64,000 nucleotides of DNA from Podarcis pityusensis. Taxonomy: Eukaryota. The DNA lies in assembly GCA_964106645.2 (NCBI GenBank), contig OZ067043.1. One strand, written 5' to 3'. The notes under the pieces were generated by a model. That model was not told the origin of the DNA. It made no database searches and saw only the letters and a program-made list of their open reading frames with translations. The position numbers were made by a program, and so were the translations under genes. Below, one piece after another: positions 12,101-27,100 of this stretch. Position 1 is the stretch's first letter, and each line of letters opens with the position of its first letter.

Positions 12101-15100
12101 TGGCCCATCTTCCTCTGTTATGTACTTTACTGTCTTTGGGGTGACAGTATGTTGCGTACTGTGGGGGTTGAAGGCAGTGGGTAATGCCAGCAATGTTTTC
12201 GATGTGTTGAAGGATGTCATTGGCTGCTGGCAAACATGTCTGGCGGCTTGGTTGGCACAGAACTCTATAATATGGGCCCATCAATATTTGGCTCAAGTGG
12301 GTGGGAGGAAAATGCTTGTTATGTTCACGCCTGTATTGTGGCAGAACTGAGACTGTGGTTGCAGCTGACTGCGCTCAGTACTGCAGAACCAGGGCAATGC
12401 TCAGCAACCTTTCCGCCTTCTATGTAGATTGCCTGTGCCCTCTACGCCATAGTGGAGAGGGCTAGGTCTTTGCTTGAATGAACAGATGATGCTCTGGTTG
12501 CTATGGTTCCTGTTGCTTGGTGGCAATTGGCTGTGCTGTTCAGGAGATCAAGATATTGGGTGCTTTGGACAGGACTGAAAGGAAAGCAACCCAGAATGCC
12601 TTCCAGGAGGTGAGGAGTGGTAGTCGCTGCAGAGTCAGCAGCCATACAGTCCCTCTTTGGCCCATTGGGGTCATTGGATTATGAGGCCATATCCTGAGTG
12701 TGCACAGTGTCATCATGTTGGTCTCCATTCACTTCAGTTTGATGGAGCAAGAAGTATGTCTCAAACAACTGCATCTCCTGCAATTCCAGGGAGAGAGATT
12801 GTATAGGAACACGGGATGGGTTTTGTGTGTTCACTAACCTGGAGTGGCCTCATGTACTCATGCTATCTTTAATTGTTGATATCTGCTGGAACTCCTCTTC
12901 TCACTTAGTCTCTGGGACTTTGAGAATTCAGCTTGCTGTTATTTACATAGTGCTGTCAAGGAGACAAACTGCTATTTTCTTACTCTTCAAAAGCTCAGAG
13001 GAGGCCTGGAAGGAGGAAGCACTGCACCAGGGACACTGAGCTTGTGGCAGTTGCTGCTACTACTTAAGCATCAAAACCTGATATGTCACATTTTCATTCA
13101 TGCTCCTTTAATAAAGCAAACCCAGTGCCAATCTGCTTGAGAGGTCAGAGAAAAGAAATGAATCCTGTTTTGGGTCTCTGGTTAAGGCTCAGGGTGTCAA
13201 TAGTGTTGTCTCATCAGTTGAACTACATTAGTATACCATGTGCTGTGGTGTTCATTAGGTGAGTTCTTTCCCAGCAGTGATCCTTTGCTGGCGAGACCTC
13301 ACTCTGTTGCACTGAAAGTGCCGTGCATGCTGGGCTGCTTACAAGATATAACGTTACAAACTTTGCCATTTCTATTGGCCCAAGAATAGCACAGTATTTC
13401 AGGCTTTCTTACGACACTCCATTCTGCATCCATTTCTTTAGTCACCGGATTGGACGCTGTATGCCAACTCCTTATGGTGTTGAACCCATAAAGCTGGTCT
13501 GAGGCTTGAGAAACCATTATTGCCACTTTTAAAGTGCTCGTTTGAAAGATCCCTACAATGCCCTTGCCTCCCTTGTCTAGAGGAAGGGGCATATGTATGC
13601 TGTTACTTTAAGATGCATTATCCGGAGCAGGGGTCAGCAACCTTTTTCAGCCATGGGCCAGTCCACTATCCCTCAGACCATGTGGTGTGCCGGACTAAAT
13701 TTTTTTGGGGGGAAATGAAGGAATTCCTATGCCCCACAAATAACCCAGAGATGCATTTTAAATAAAAGGACACATTCTACTCATGTAAAAACACATTGAT
13801 TCCTGGACTGTCTGTGGGCTGGCTTGAGAAGGCGATTGGGTCGCATCCGGCCCCCGGGCCTTAGTTTGCCTACCCCTGATCTGGAGGTTTTGAAGTCTCA
13901 GCAGGTCAAGTCATGAGACACTTGTGTAGGGAGGGTTTAGTTTATGCAGCAGTTGAGCTCCTGTGTGTTTCTGTGACTGTGTTAGTTATGTGCTGACTAC
14001 ATACAGTAAGTGTGTGAGCAAACTTAAAGCCCGAGTGGTGTAATGTTTATTCATGTACTTATTAATGTTGGATTTCAGCTGCCATTTTGTTGCCAATTCA
14101 TCCAGCTAGGGACAGCATCCTGGAGCTCTTCAGTCTTGCTGAGATTTCACCATCCTGAATAATTTGGCATCATCTGCAAATTTGGTTGTCTGTCAGTTTG
14201 CATCTTACTCCAGACCACAATGGACAAATTATATCGTACCAATCCAAATACAAATGGGCATGGTTTACTGTCCTCCTTCATGAAAGCTGTCAAACTCTGC
14301 TTTCTGTTTTGGTGTTGGAGGCTCTTAAGAAACTTGGTTACCTAATGACAATCCTTGCTCAAAAATATAAATAATTTTAACCCTTCTATTTCAATAGATT
14401 TTGGCTGCATGGGAACCTACTATAAAGTTCAGTAGTTAATAGGAATTTTATGTGTGTTTGTAGTCTGCTTCAGATTTGTACAAGGACCGAGTGCAGTCTG
14501 TGCCACATCTTGAGAAATATCATTGATTACTCTACAATTTGTGGAGAACCTGACACAAAGTCAGGCCATGGCTGCACAATGCACTCGTTGATCAGCAGCC
14601 TGATGCTTTTCTTTGTAGGCACTGCTTAAAACATCTGGAGCTATATGACTTCATATTGTATTTTTCCCCTTTGCTACACCTACCCATTAAAATATTTGCA
14701 TTTATGTTTAGAGACTTCTTGTTTTTACATTTGATAAAACTAATCAGTTTTGTGGTCTCTGTTTTTCAACATTTTGCATTGTTAAAAGCAATGGTTCCCA
14801 ACCTTTTTATTATGATGATCCACTATTAAAGTCACATGAGTTTTGTACTTTAGGTCTTCAACAGCTGTTGATTTCATGCATTTTAACTGCACGTTTGCCT
14901 ATTTTATAACCATTATTTGAGGCATCCAAGCAAAAATTTATTTAATGCCCCTATTAATATGGAACTTGTTGAAATATTTATAATACTTACAGAGATACTC
15001 AGTTTTTTATGGGAATGTAACCACCAATCACCTGGTTACAGAATATTGCTTCATGAGCTATTAAAAATATTTTAAAAACATGCTATTACACAAGCAGTGT

Positions 15101-18100
15101 TAGATATTTTGAACTATGAATATTTTAAATAGCTTTATTCACAATAAAGTCCATTTTGGCAAGTATAAGTGGGATGGCTGAGCTTGCACTTCGCTAATGA
15201 GTAGATCAATGTGGGGATTGATGGTTGTCAAGCATAGTCTCATATCGTTATTGATACATAGCCGGCTACTGTATTTATAGTATTTATACTGTCTTCATAG
15301 TAGTTATTGCTGAAATACCTGTCTCGCAAATATATGCACTATCAAATGGCAGCAGCACAGATTTTGCTTCATTGGCAAGCTCAGGATACTCAATAGTAGC
15401 TGAGTAATTTTGGTAACCTGAACCCAAAATTCAGAGAGCCTCACTTCCAAAAATGTATCTTTGAGGGCCCAATGAGTTGTTCCTTTTGCACAAAGACAGG
15501 TTTGTGACATGAGTTGCAAATAGGTTTTGCACCCATTCAAACTTCTCTGTTTCTTCAGCAGAAAGGTAGTGGAGAAATCAAACCACCCTTGGCTTCACTT
15601 TTAACTTACTGGCAGTCTGCCACAAGGTACAGGGAGTTGTTTTGAGTGACTGCTATAGCTCACCTCTGATGGGCAGGTGCACAGCTTTTCTGAGTGAGAG
15701 ACAGAAAAGAATTTACTAGCTATGTAGGGAAGAATTTACTGTCTATGTAAAGAAAGTGAACTTCAGGGCTCGTTCACACTTCCATTGCCCCTCTGCTTCC
15801 TCTGGGGAAACCCTCTCGTTGCCACTACATCTTAGCAGATGTCAGTCAAATTTTCAGCAGATTGACGTTTGCTCTGACTCAGCAGTGAAGAGTGGGTTTT
15901 CCCAGAGAAAGTGGTAGGGCAAATGCAAAACCGCCTGGACGCATGCTTAGAAAGCATGGGGCAAGGTGAAAACCTTTCAGACCTGTGCTTTCTAGGCATT
16001 GGACGTGTGGAGTAGCCCTTAGCTATAACTCAATATATCCAGGAAACAGCCACTACCAAGATGGACCAGACTGTAATTCCCATATGTAAAATACAGAAAT
16101 AAAAGGTTTTGGTTGGTGGGGAATATTGCATTGTGTGTTCAGCAAAGTGGCACTGAAAACTGGGTTCACCTAGATGTGACAGCACCATGATGAACAGGTA
16201 TTAAGTGTGGGATGGAGGTGATTGTAATGTATTATAGAAACAGGTAATATAAAGGGGATTCTGAATCTTCTGTTTCAGAATTGCCACCCAAATACTTTTC
16301 TCTCGTCATGTTTTGGAACCCAACTTAAAAATAAGCAGCTAGGGCAGAGGAAGTGTTCAGCAACTTCTTCCATTTCCCCGCTTTCCTCATTAAATTGCTG
16401 CTCCCTTATATTTGTTCTCTACCATTCCTAGTTCTAAAACATGAGGCTGCTGCTTTCACATCTAGTTAGCTCTTCATTGTGGAAGGATATTATTACAGCA
16501 CTAAAGGTTTGAAATACAGTCATACCTCGGGTTGAAGTAGCTTCGGGATAAGTATTTTCGGGTTGCGCGCTGTGACGACCCGGAAGTAACGGAGCGCGTT
16601 ACTTCCAGGTTTCACTGCTTGTGCATGCGCAGACGGTCAAAATGACATCATGCGCAGAAGTGGCGAATCGCCACACACGCAGATGCAGATTGCATTCGCT
16701 TCTGGATGCGAACAGGGCTCTGGAATGGATCCCGTTCACATCCAGAGGTACCACTGTAGTAATTAACACTTTCTGTTCACTGACTTAGAATACTCTTATC
16801 CTGAATTTCTTCTGTTGAGGGCAGTTGAGACTTTTACCAGTCCCCAACTGCTGTGTTGTACTTGATTGCATGGTTATCTGTAGTATCGTCTCCACTCAAC
16901 CATATCTGCCCTCTTCTGATCTAAAGTACGGGAGAGCAAGGGTGTTACTCTTTTTTGTAGTATGGAGAGAGTTAACGTTTCATGAACCAGGTACCTAACA
17001 GTAAGGGATCTGGATTTGGCTTTTTACTGTCTTACAAGCATATATAAAATAGTGGCTAAGTTGCTATTTTCTACCTTCTACCTAGGCACTCCACCAGTTG
17101 TATTATGACCCCAACATTGAAAACAAGAATCTGGCTCAGAAATGGTTGATGCAAGCTCAAGTCTCACCACAAGCCTGGCACTTCAGTTGGCTACTTCTCG
17201 ATATGGACAAGGTGCCTGAGATCCAGTACTTTGGGGCCAGCGCCCTCCACATCAAGATTTCACGCTACTGGAATGACATCCCAGCTGACCAGTATGAAAG
17301 CCTCAAATCACAGCTCTTCAGCCAAATAACCCGTTTTGCTAGTGGTTCCAAGATTGTGCTGACCCGGCTTTGTGTGGCACTGGCTTCGTTAGCACTAAAC
17401 ATGATGCCAGAGGCCTGGCCATGTGCTGTTGCTGACATGGTGCGCATGTTTCAGGCAGAGGACTCTAATGTCGATGGGCGAGCACGCTGCCTGGCACTCT
17501 TAGAGCTGTTGACTGTTCTGCCTGAGGAGTTCCAAACCAGCCGCCTGCCTCAGTACCGTAAGGGGCAGGTGCGTAGCGTCTTGGCACAGGAGTGCAGTTC
17601 TGTCTTCCCCCTGCTAGAGCAATTACTACAGCAACAAGACTCTCCCAGCTTCATTAAACAGAAGGTGTTGAAGTGCTTCTCGAGCTGGGTGCAGTTAGAG
17701 ATTCCCCTGATGGAGTGTGAGAACTTGATCCAGGCAGCCTTCACCTCTTTGCGCGATCCAGAACTCTTTGATACAGCTGTGGAGGCCATTGTCAATGCCA
17801 TTTCCCAGCCTGATGCTCAGAGGTAAGTGTTGGTTCCAAATTGTGGGTCAGTTGTGGTTACAGTTGTGCAGCCTCCCCTGTAAGCTGACTGTTTCCACAT
17901 GCAGCAATCAAGGGGAGAACCTGTATTGACAGAACTTTCAATCAGCTTTCTGAACCACACTCTGATTCCAACAAAGAGGTTATAGAGTGTGCTTGTGTAG
18001 AGTTTCATATCCATGGACAGTACATAAATTCCGCAGGTCTTCTTGAAGATGGGGGGCAAGGGAGGAGATTGAGGAACTCTTGAATTGGCGCAACCATTGG

Positions 18101-21100
18101 CAAGCAAGCATCAACCTTTTGTGGACTTTTTTAGTTACTACGTATCAGCCAATAAAAACAGAATTACCTAGTGCTGAAATTAAGCTAAAACCAACCAATA
18201 AGAACAGAATTACGAGAACTGAAATTAAGCTAAAACTAGTATTATTAACTTTTAAATAATCATGCGGTTGATTCTTGTGAGACAGAATTCTACCAAGCTT
18301 CAAAACAGACATTCTGTAGCCACAGCCAATCTACAAGAGCATCTGTTGGTTCTGTTCTAATTTCAACTAGGGAAGGATGTCATGCATCCTCTCGTAAGCT
18401 TCAAGAGAATTCATGGAGTGGCCAGACAGCTCAGCTTTGGGCCCCTACCCATTAGAGTCTTGCATTGTGTCTTCATCCAGGTCTTAAATCACCTCTCTGT
18501 TAATTCATTTGCTGTGGCTGTTGGTTGTAGTTCTTTGTCTTGTGTGATATGAAAGGTAGTCATGAATGGAGGAATTCACCTTTTTTCTGTAGAGGTTCAC
18601 TGGTGTGCATTAATTCAGTAACCCCTCTGGGCACAGTATGGAATCTAAGTGAGTAGGGGAGTTGTCCAGGACTATTGGTCTGTTTCAAAATCTGTTAATG
18701 ACTAGCAGAGCTAGAATCTGTTGTGACTACATTGGTGTGGTTCTGGGTGCAAACATAATTGGGAAGTTTCTGTCAGCAGACAGGGCCTGTGATATAGTTT
18801 GCTTCCTATCTCCTTTCATCTCTCTTTCCTTCTCTACTCCCAACACCCCTCCTTCCCTGACTGTATTTGTTCATAGTACAGATTACATCCTTGATGTCTG
18901 GGAGTGAGAGACCTTGCCCACAGGCTCATCAACAAAGCTGGTTTTGTTTTTTTTTAAGGAAATGAGTGCTGTGGTTCTTCAGGTGGCAGAACTATTCATG
19001 ACAACAGATATTATAGGCTTGGAAATGTATAACATGCTCAATTTAGATAAAAGAAAATTATAGGGAACATGATACCAGTGTTCAAATATCTAAAAGGATG
19101 GCAGAGTAAACCACTATTTACCAGTGCTGCTGGAAAAAAGAGAAACATTGGCCTTTAGTGGTAATAGAATAGACGGGTTAGATTTCAAAAATACATTTTT
19201 CATAAGGATAAAGGTGCAATAGAACAAACTCCTCAGGGTTGAAGTAGAGCAGGAGTCGGGACTTTAAACCTGGAGGCCAAATGAGACCCTCCAGGTCTCT
19301 TTCTGGCCCTCAAGATGCTGCCCAGGCCAGGCCCCTTCCCCAGGCCACACTTCTCATCAGCTGTACTTCACTCCTTCCTCAAGTGCTTTTTTGGGGCTGA
19401 AATGTGTCCTTGAACTGTGATTGATAATGTCTCTTGCCTGGATGGGGAATGGAGAAATAGGTGTGGATGTGTAAAAACCTGACTTTTGCTTAGCTGGAAT
19501 GTGGTCTATTGTACCAAGTCACAGCTGTTGCTTTGTTCTCTTTTGCCTCTGACCCTATTTACTACTGGCATGCAACCTCTGGAAGGTTGCCTATGAGAGA
19601 TATGGCCTTTGGGCTGAAGAGGTTTTTCCATCCCTGCTGTAATGTCTCATTCTATGCAGTTCCTATGAGAGAGCTGGATGAGCATTGGCTGTGTGTGCAT
19701 GAGTTTAGATCTTAGAGAGTGGTGATCCAATTTAGCCATACTCTTAATAGACCCATTGAAATCAGTGGACAAGCCCATTGATATCAGTGGGTTTACTCGA
19801 ATGAGTATGGCTAACATTGGATAATCACCTTTATAGTCTCTTGCATTTTCTTAGTGGTTGCCAAATTAGAATTATAAGGTCAGGTGTATAGTAAAGTAAT
19901 TATTTCACTTGTATTCAAGTGTGTTGTGACACTGGGCCATATTCAACTAAACTGTTGCTCCAGCAGGAGCCAGTGCAATGACCACAATGGGACTTCTCCC
20001 TTCTCCCCCCCCCCCATCACATACCCCTGTGCCATCCCCAGATCTACTCCAAAGGGTTAGAAGAACCCCCACAATGGGGCGGGGGCGGGGCGGGAGATGG
20101 TTTGTCGGACAAGCATAAATTTTTGTTCTGATGGAACAATTCCCTTAGCACTAAGTTGATTGCAGCCTATTCAAAATGGACCATAAAGGGAATTTGTTAA
20201 TCTTCTTTAGCAGTAATATTAAATTCTGAATTATGCTTACTGCTACAACCCACCATTTATTTAAACTCAATCTGCTGAATGACTTAAAAACCACTAGCAA
20301 GGACTAATTTAGATGTGTCCTAGTTACATGATTTGAGGTGGTTCAGCCACTACTAGCTACACCAAAGTGGTACATACAGAAAGACAAATACCCCCAACAA
20401 CCTTATGCTTACCATGAGGAACCAGCAATGTCTTGCTGGTCCTGATTATGGAGATCACACATACACAGATGTAGTTGCTGTGTAATGACAACAGGGAGCA
20501 TGCTTTAGTACCAGGAAAAATATACAAGGTAGTCATATCACTCACATTTCATTGAAATCACTTAGGAGGTATCTACACATTTTGCTCATAGAGACTTTTT
20601 TTTAATGAAAGCTGAGTCTAGGGCACCTGCCCAGTGGCACCACTGGAAGCCTTCATAGGTGCCATGTTGCCTGTAGCAACCACTACATGAGAGAGGATCT
20701 TTTTGTGGTGGCTCTGCACTTCTGGAATATTTCCTTGTCATGGTTCATAAATCATCAACCCTATAAGCAATTACGAGAGCACTAAAAGGCAATCTGTTCT
20801 CACTGGCCTTTGCTTAAGACTGTGTTTTGCTTCATGCTATAGCTGGTGATTTTAGACTGTATTTTATGATTTCATAGAATCATACAAGTGTAGAGTTAGA
20901 AGGCACCCTGAAGATCATCTAGTTCAACCCCCTGCAATCCAGGAATCTCAACTGAAGCATCCATGACATATGACCATCCAGTTTCTGCTTAAAAACCTTC
21001 AGTGAAGGAAAGTCTACCACCTTCCAAGGGAGTCAGTTTAGCTTTGGGTTGCCTGAATGTTCATTATTTTTTAACTAGACTGGCTTTTCTGAAGCATTCT

Positions 21101-24100
21101 TATCATGGTTGCATTGTGCCTTGAGAGGGTTTTTGTCCTTAAAGGTGGTCTAAAAATATTATAATTCTCCCTGTCCCCCCCAAAAAAATAAGAGCTTAAG
21201 CAAGGTCTAAAGAAACTTAAAACACATCACTAGTAAATATACAATAACTGTGCGTTTCAGGGATCAGAATACAGGCCACGGAATAGCACTGGCACTCACT
21301 TTCAGTCGGTCAGTCTTTAATGTTTTAACCATAGGTTACAACAGAAGCACTCGCTACCTTAGGGAATAAGTAAACTTGTGTGTAGAAGCCCAAAATGATA
21401 GACACTGGGTGCCATTAGGTGGCCACAAGGAAAAATGTGACATAGAGACTAGTTTGAAAATGGGTGGCAGCAGGGCAAGATAGTGGTTGCATAAGCTTTG
21501 TAGGGAGGGAGCAACAAGGGTTGTGTGTGTGCATGCAGTGCCATTGTTTTCACTAGAGATCAGTGAGGAATGAGAGGAAGTTGAATAGCAATATGATTCT
21601 GGCTGGATCAACAGGATTAAGCTCTGTTTCTCCTTTCAGTCTCTGTTGCTCTTAAGAATCTTCCTTGACCTCTCTGAGTGTGCTGCTGCCCCCTCCCCCC
21701 ATTGCATTGTCTGTGGATGCTTGCTGGCAGCCTTGATGCACATGCTTTTCTGTTGTCGGCGACCACTGGAGCTGGCGCACTTCCCCTCCTCCACCCACTT
21801 CAGTTTTTGCACACAGCAATGCAGAACTGGATTCATTTGAGTTGCCCCTCGGGGCATAAATGCTGCCTTCTTCCTCACCTCCTTCCTACGTTTGCAGCTT
21901 ATTGAGCAGCCTGATCTCTCTACCCCAGGCTTCTAAACACCAGTGACATGACCACATACTTTTCCCTTTGCAGGATATTATATGCCTAGTGACTGTGGGG
22001 AGATGGGCATCTGTCTACTCGCTTAGGCTGCTTTCAAACCAAAACCTGGCATTCCGTGATATGTCCCAAGTAAATTGATATGAGGGTGGTCCTAATTGTC
22101 CTGAGAGCTTAAAAAAATGATAGAGGAATTGGGTCTCCAGTGCAGAACTCAGCCTTGAAAGTGATGCTAGCATATGGATGGCCTTTGAACTGTTTAGTGC
22201 TGCATGCATGCACATTGGTGTGTTCTTCCACCTGTATCTGTGGGCTGCATGTGCGGTGGGGGCAGGCATGCGAGTGCAGAATAACTGTGTCTCCAGATAA
22301 TATGCCTCAGTAGCCAGGTAACTGACAGCTGGCCGATTAGCCGCCAGCACAGCCTCTCTCTGGGGGCCATCCTTTGCTCTTCCCCTCCATTTCCTCTGTG
22401 CTTGTTGTCATGGTTACAATCACTTATTGGCAGCAGCAGGAAGATTGACAGGCATGAAATTGCTTATATGGTGCTGGAATACTGCTGTGCACAGGGAGGC
22501 AGTAGCTGCCTGGATGCCCCCAGGAGACCACTGTATGAGCATTGTACTTTTGATTTTAGGAAATGGATATTCAAGGGTCTTGACTCTTTCAGCCTCCCCC
22601 CTCCCCTTTACCAACAGATTCTTCAGATGGAATAAATTCTGTGAATGGCATACAGCTTTAGATTTGTATTCCATTTCAGAATATGTTTCATCCTGAATGC
22701 ATGAAAATGTTGACTTTGTGAAATGTTGTGGGGTAATGGAACTATACAGAAGGAAGGACAAGCACTGAGCACTGTGAGTAGACCAGGGAAGCCAGAACAG
22801 GAAAACCATATGCAGATTATTTTTCCCTGAAGTTTGAGCAGAACACACTCATCCTTAAAATCTGAGTTCAGATTTTAAATTCACCTGTAGCTGGTAAATT
22901 CCAGAAGAGTAGTGATGTTGAGTTTTTGCACCAAAAACCAAAGTCCTTTACATTTATGTATTGGTTGAGGTTTCAGGGCCATATCTCAGTGGCAGAGCAT
23001 CTGCCTTGCATAAGAGGGAGATAAAGAACTACAGAACTTTTAAAAGACATCTGAAGGCAGCCCTGTATTGGGAAGTTTTTAATGTTTAATGTTTTACAAT
23101 ATTTTATATGTGCTGGAAGCCGCCCAGTGGCTGGGGTATAAATAATAAAATTATTGTTGTTATCAAGAGGGTCCCAGGTTCAATCCCTGACATTTCCAGC
23201 TAGAGCCAGAAATGTCCCCTTGCTCAAACCTTCGAGAGCTGCTGCCAGTCAGTGTAGACAGTACTGAGCTAGATGGGCCAGTGGTCTGACTCGGTATGAG
23301 GCAGTTTCCTGTGTTCCTGCGTGTGCAATTGTGCCTGTGCATGTATGGCCACCCACCTCATATATTAAGTGGTGTGTGTGGTGAGAGGGAAATGAACAGC
23401 TGCATCTCCACCAGAGTTATATTTTTTGATCCTGGTATCTAGTGTGTGCTCATTATTTTAAGTGTTTGGATAACCCTCACAAAGCAGTTTGTATAAATCA
23501 TTTAAAATAACATGCTTCAATTAAAGTACAATGACAATGAACATAAACAGCAGGGGAAAAACAAAAGCCAGATAAAACCATCATTTGAGACTAAAAGACA
23601 CTAAAGTGTATGGCTGAATGAAAAGACCCTCATTTGGTATGGAAAGTAAGTAGAATTAGCACCAGGCGGACCTCCTGGGGAGAGCATTGCAGAGACGGGG
23701 CATCACAGTAGAAAAAGCCCCATTGTGCATCACCATGTTGATTGCCCTCTTAGAAGACAAAGTCCAGCAACTGGAGGAACGTGTAGCTACGCTCCAAAGA
23801 ATTAGAGAGCTGGAGCTCTTCTTGGAAGCAACAGAGCACACCGTCTCCACCAAGGAGGAGACAGGGGACTCCCCTGAGAAGGAGGCTAGTTCACCAACAC
23901 AGGAGCCAGATATATGGAGAAACGTGACTCAAAGAAGTAGGAGGCCCAGGGTTCGCTCTGATTGTTTAGAAATACACAATCGCTTTGAGTTCCTCTCCCC
24001 TAGCATGGAAGACGAAGAGCAGACTCCATTTGAGGATCTCTCCCTCATTACAGTCAATCAGGTATATGAAGACGAGCAGCAAAGTCAGTCCTCAGGGAAT

Positions 24101-27100
24101 GTGCAGGCGACCTTGGAACGGACAGCTCACGGAAGAACCCCGACCAAACCTAAGAGGAGGCGTGTAGTGATGATAGGGGATTCCCTACTGAGGGGAACAG
24201 AAGCAGTGATCTGTGGGCCTGACAAGATGTCTCGGGAAGTGTGCTGTCTCCCCGGGGCTAAGATCCAAGATGTAACTGAACGACTGCAAGGAATCATAAA
24301 ACCCACTGACAAATACCCCTTCCTCTTGGTTCATGTGGGAACCAATGGCACTGCAAGCAATAGCCTCCAGAAGATCAAAAGAGACTACGAGGCTCTGGAC
24401 AGGAAATTGAAGCAATTAAATGCACAAATTGTGATCTCATCTGTCCTCCCAGTTGAACGACGTGGCCCAGGGAGAGAGGGGAAAATAGTGGAAGTGAACA
24501 GCTGGCTTCGCAAATGGTGTAAACAGGAACGGTTTGGATTCTTAGATCACGGACTGCAGTTTCTTGAAGATGGACTTCTGGCAAGCGATGGGCTACACCT
24601 CACAACAGTTGGGAGGAATGTTTTTGCCAAAAATCTCAGAAACCTCATCAGGAGGGCTTTAAACTGACTAATGTGGGGGAGGGAGACAGTGCTCCTGAAG
24701 GTAGGAGTCTATCAATTGATGAAGATGATCATCCAAATGTCATAGACCAAATGGAGCAAACAGCACGCAGACCTAGTGGTGGGAGGAAAAAATCCTTAAA
24801 TAAGAGACACGGGGGAATGATTAATGGACTTCAATGTCTGTACACTAATGCGCAAAGCATGGGAAATAAACAAGATGAGCTTGAGCTCTTGGTACAGCAA
24901 ACTAAATATGAAATAATAGGCATCACTGAAACCTGGTGGGATAAGGCCCACGATTGGAATGTAATAATGGAGGGATACAATCTATTTCCGAGAAACAGAC
25001 CAGACAAGAAAGGAGGAGGAGTGGCGTTATATGTCAGGGATGTGTATACCTGTGAAGAGATCCAAGATTTAGAACCTCAAAGCCAAAGTGAGAGCATTTG
25101 GGTCAAAATTAAGGGAGAGAAGAATAACAGTGACCTCATTGTGGGAGTTTACTATAGATCCCCAAGCCAAACGGAGGACATAGATGATGCCTTCCTGGAA
25201 CAGATGGCCAAGCATGCAAAAGGAAGGGAGATAGTAGTAATGGGGGACTTCAATTACCCAGATATTTGTTGGATGTCAAACTCAGCCAAGAGCATAAGGT
25301 CAAACAGATTCCTCACTGGCCTTGCAGACAACTTCATTGTCCAGAAAGTGGGAGAAGCAACAAGAGGAACAGCTATTTTAGATCTGGTCCTAACCAATGT
25401 TGATGACCTGGTTAGTGGGGTAGAAGTGGAAGGGTCATTAGGCGCGAGTGATCATGCTCTTCTGAAGTTTACTATACAGCAGAAAGGAGCAGCCAAGCAT
25501 ACTCGGACTCAATTTCTTGACTTTAAGAAAGCCGACTTCATAAAACTTAGGGAAGTGCTGGGTGAGATCACATGGACAGTAATACTAAAAGGAAAGGGAG
25601 TTCGTGATGGCTGGGAATTTGTTAAGAGGGAGATAGTAAAAGCACAACTTCAGGCAATACCAATGAGACGGAAACATGGAAGGTGCCTAAATAAGCCAGG
25701 GTGGCTATCTAAAGAACTTTTAATTGAGTTAAGATTAAAAAAGGATGTGTACAAAAAAATGGAAAAGGGGGGAAACCACCAAAGAGGAATTCAAACAAAT
25801 AGCCAGCACGTGTAGACACAAAGTCAGAAAAGCTAAAGCACAGAATGAACTCAGGCTTGCTAGAGAGGTTAAAAGCAACAAAAAAGGCTTTTATGGGTAT
25901 GTTTGTAGCAAAAGGAAGAACAAAGAAACAGTGGGGTCACTCAGAGGAGAAGATGGTGAAATGCAAACAGGGGACACAGAAAGGGCTGAACTCCTCAATG
26001 CCTTCTTTGCCTCAGTCTTCTCCGATAAAGAAAACAATGCCCGACCTGAAGAATTTGGAGCAAATGATTCAGCAGAGGAAACACAGCCCAGAATAACTAA
26101 GGAGATAGTACAAGAATACTTGGCTAGTTTAGATGTATTCAAGTCTCCAGGGCCAGATGAACTGCACCCAAGAGTATTAAAAGAACTGGCAGATGTGATC
26201 TCAGAATCACTGGCAGTCATCTTTGAGAATTCCTGGAGAACAGGCGAAGTCCCGGCAGACTGGAGGAGGGCAAATGTTGTTCCTGTTTTCAAAAAGGGGA
26301 AAAGAGAGGACCCAAATAATTACTGCCCAGTCAATCTGACATCAATACCAGGGAAGATTCTGGAGCAGATCATTAAGCAAACAGTCTGTGAGCACCTAGA
26401 AAGGAATGCTGTGATCACCAATAGTCAGCATGGATTTCTGAAAAATAAGTCATGTCAGACTAACCTGATCTCGTTTTTTGACAGAATTACAAGCCTGGTA
26501 GATGAAGGGAACGCAGTGGATGTAGCCTACCTTGATTTCAGCAAGGCATTTGACAAGGTGCCCCATGATATTCTTGTAAAGAAGCTGGTAAAATGCGGTC
26601 TTGACTATGCTACCACTCAGTGGATTTGTAACTGGCTGACTGACCGAACCCAAAGGGTGCTCATCAATGGTTCCTCTTCATCCTGGAGAAGAGTGACTAG
26701 TGGGGTGCCACAGGGTTCTGTCTTGGGCCCGGTCTTATTCAACATCTTTATCAACGACTTGGATGATGGACTCAAGGGCATCCTGATCAAATTTGCAGAT
26801 GACACCAAACTGGGAGGGGTGGCTAACACCCCAGAGGACAGGATCACACTTCAAAACGACCTTGACAGATTAGAGAACTGGGCCAAAACAAACAAGATGA
26901 ATTTTAACAGGGAGAAATGTAAAGTATTGCACTTGGGCAAAAAAATGAGAGGCACAAATACAAGATGGGTGACACCTGGCTTGAGAGCAGTACATGTGAA
27001 AAGGATCTAGGAGTCTTGGTTGACCACAAACTTGACATGAGCCAACAGTGTGACGCGGCAGCTAAAAAAGCCAATGCAATTCTGGGCTGCATCAATAGGA

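Noticed and set aside
11860-12960. Possible decayed LTR/Gypsy integrase remnant (minus-strand [14 protein letters not shown]; AATAAA-rich block near 11960)
   Set aside because: Only vague motif echoes, with no paired LTRs or continuous frame; needs a profile search.
20076-20095. G-quadruplex-capable G-runs in intron 2
   Set aside because: Single isolated motif inside repeat-like sequence, with no supporting context.
22975-23190. tRNA gene
   Set aside because: tRNA-like A/B boxes belong to a SINE head and are split by an insertion; no cloverleaf.
23656-26847. Antisense and off-frame ORFs overlapping the CR1
   Set aside because: By-products of LINE codon structure, with no independent gene signals.
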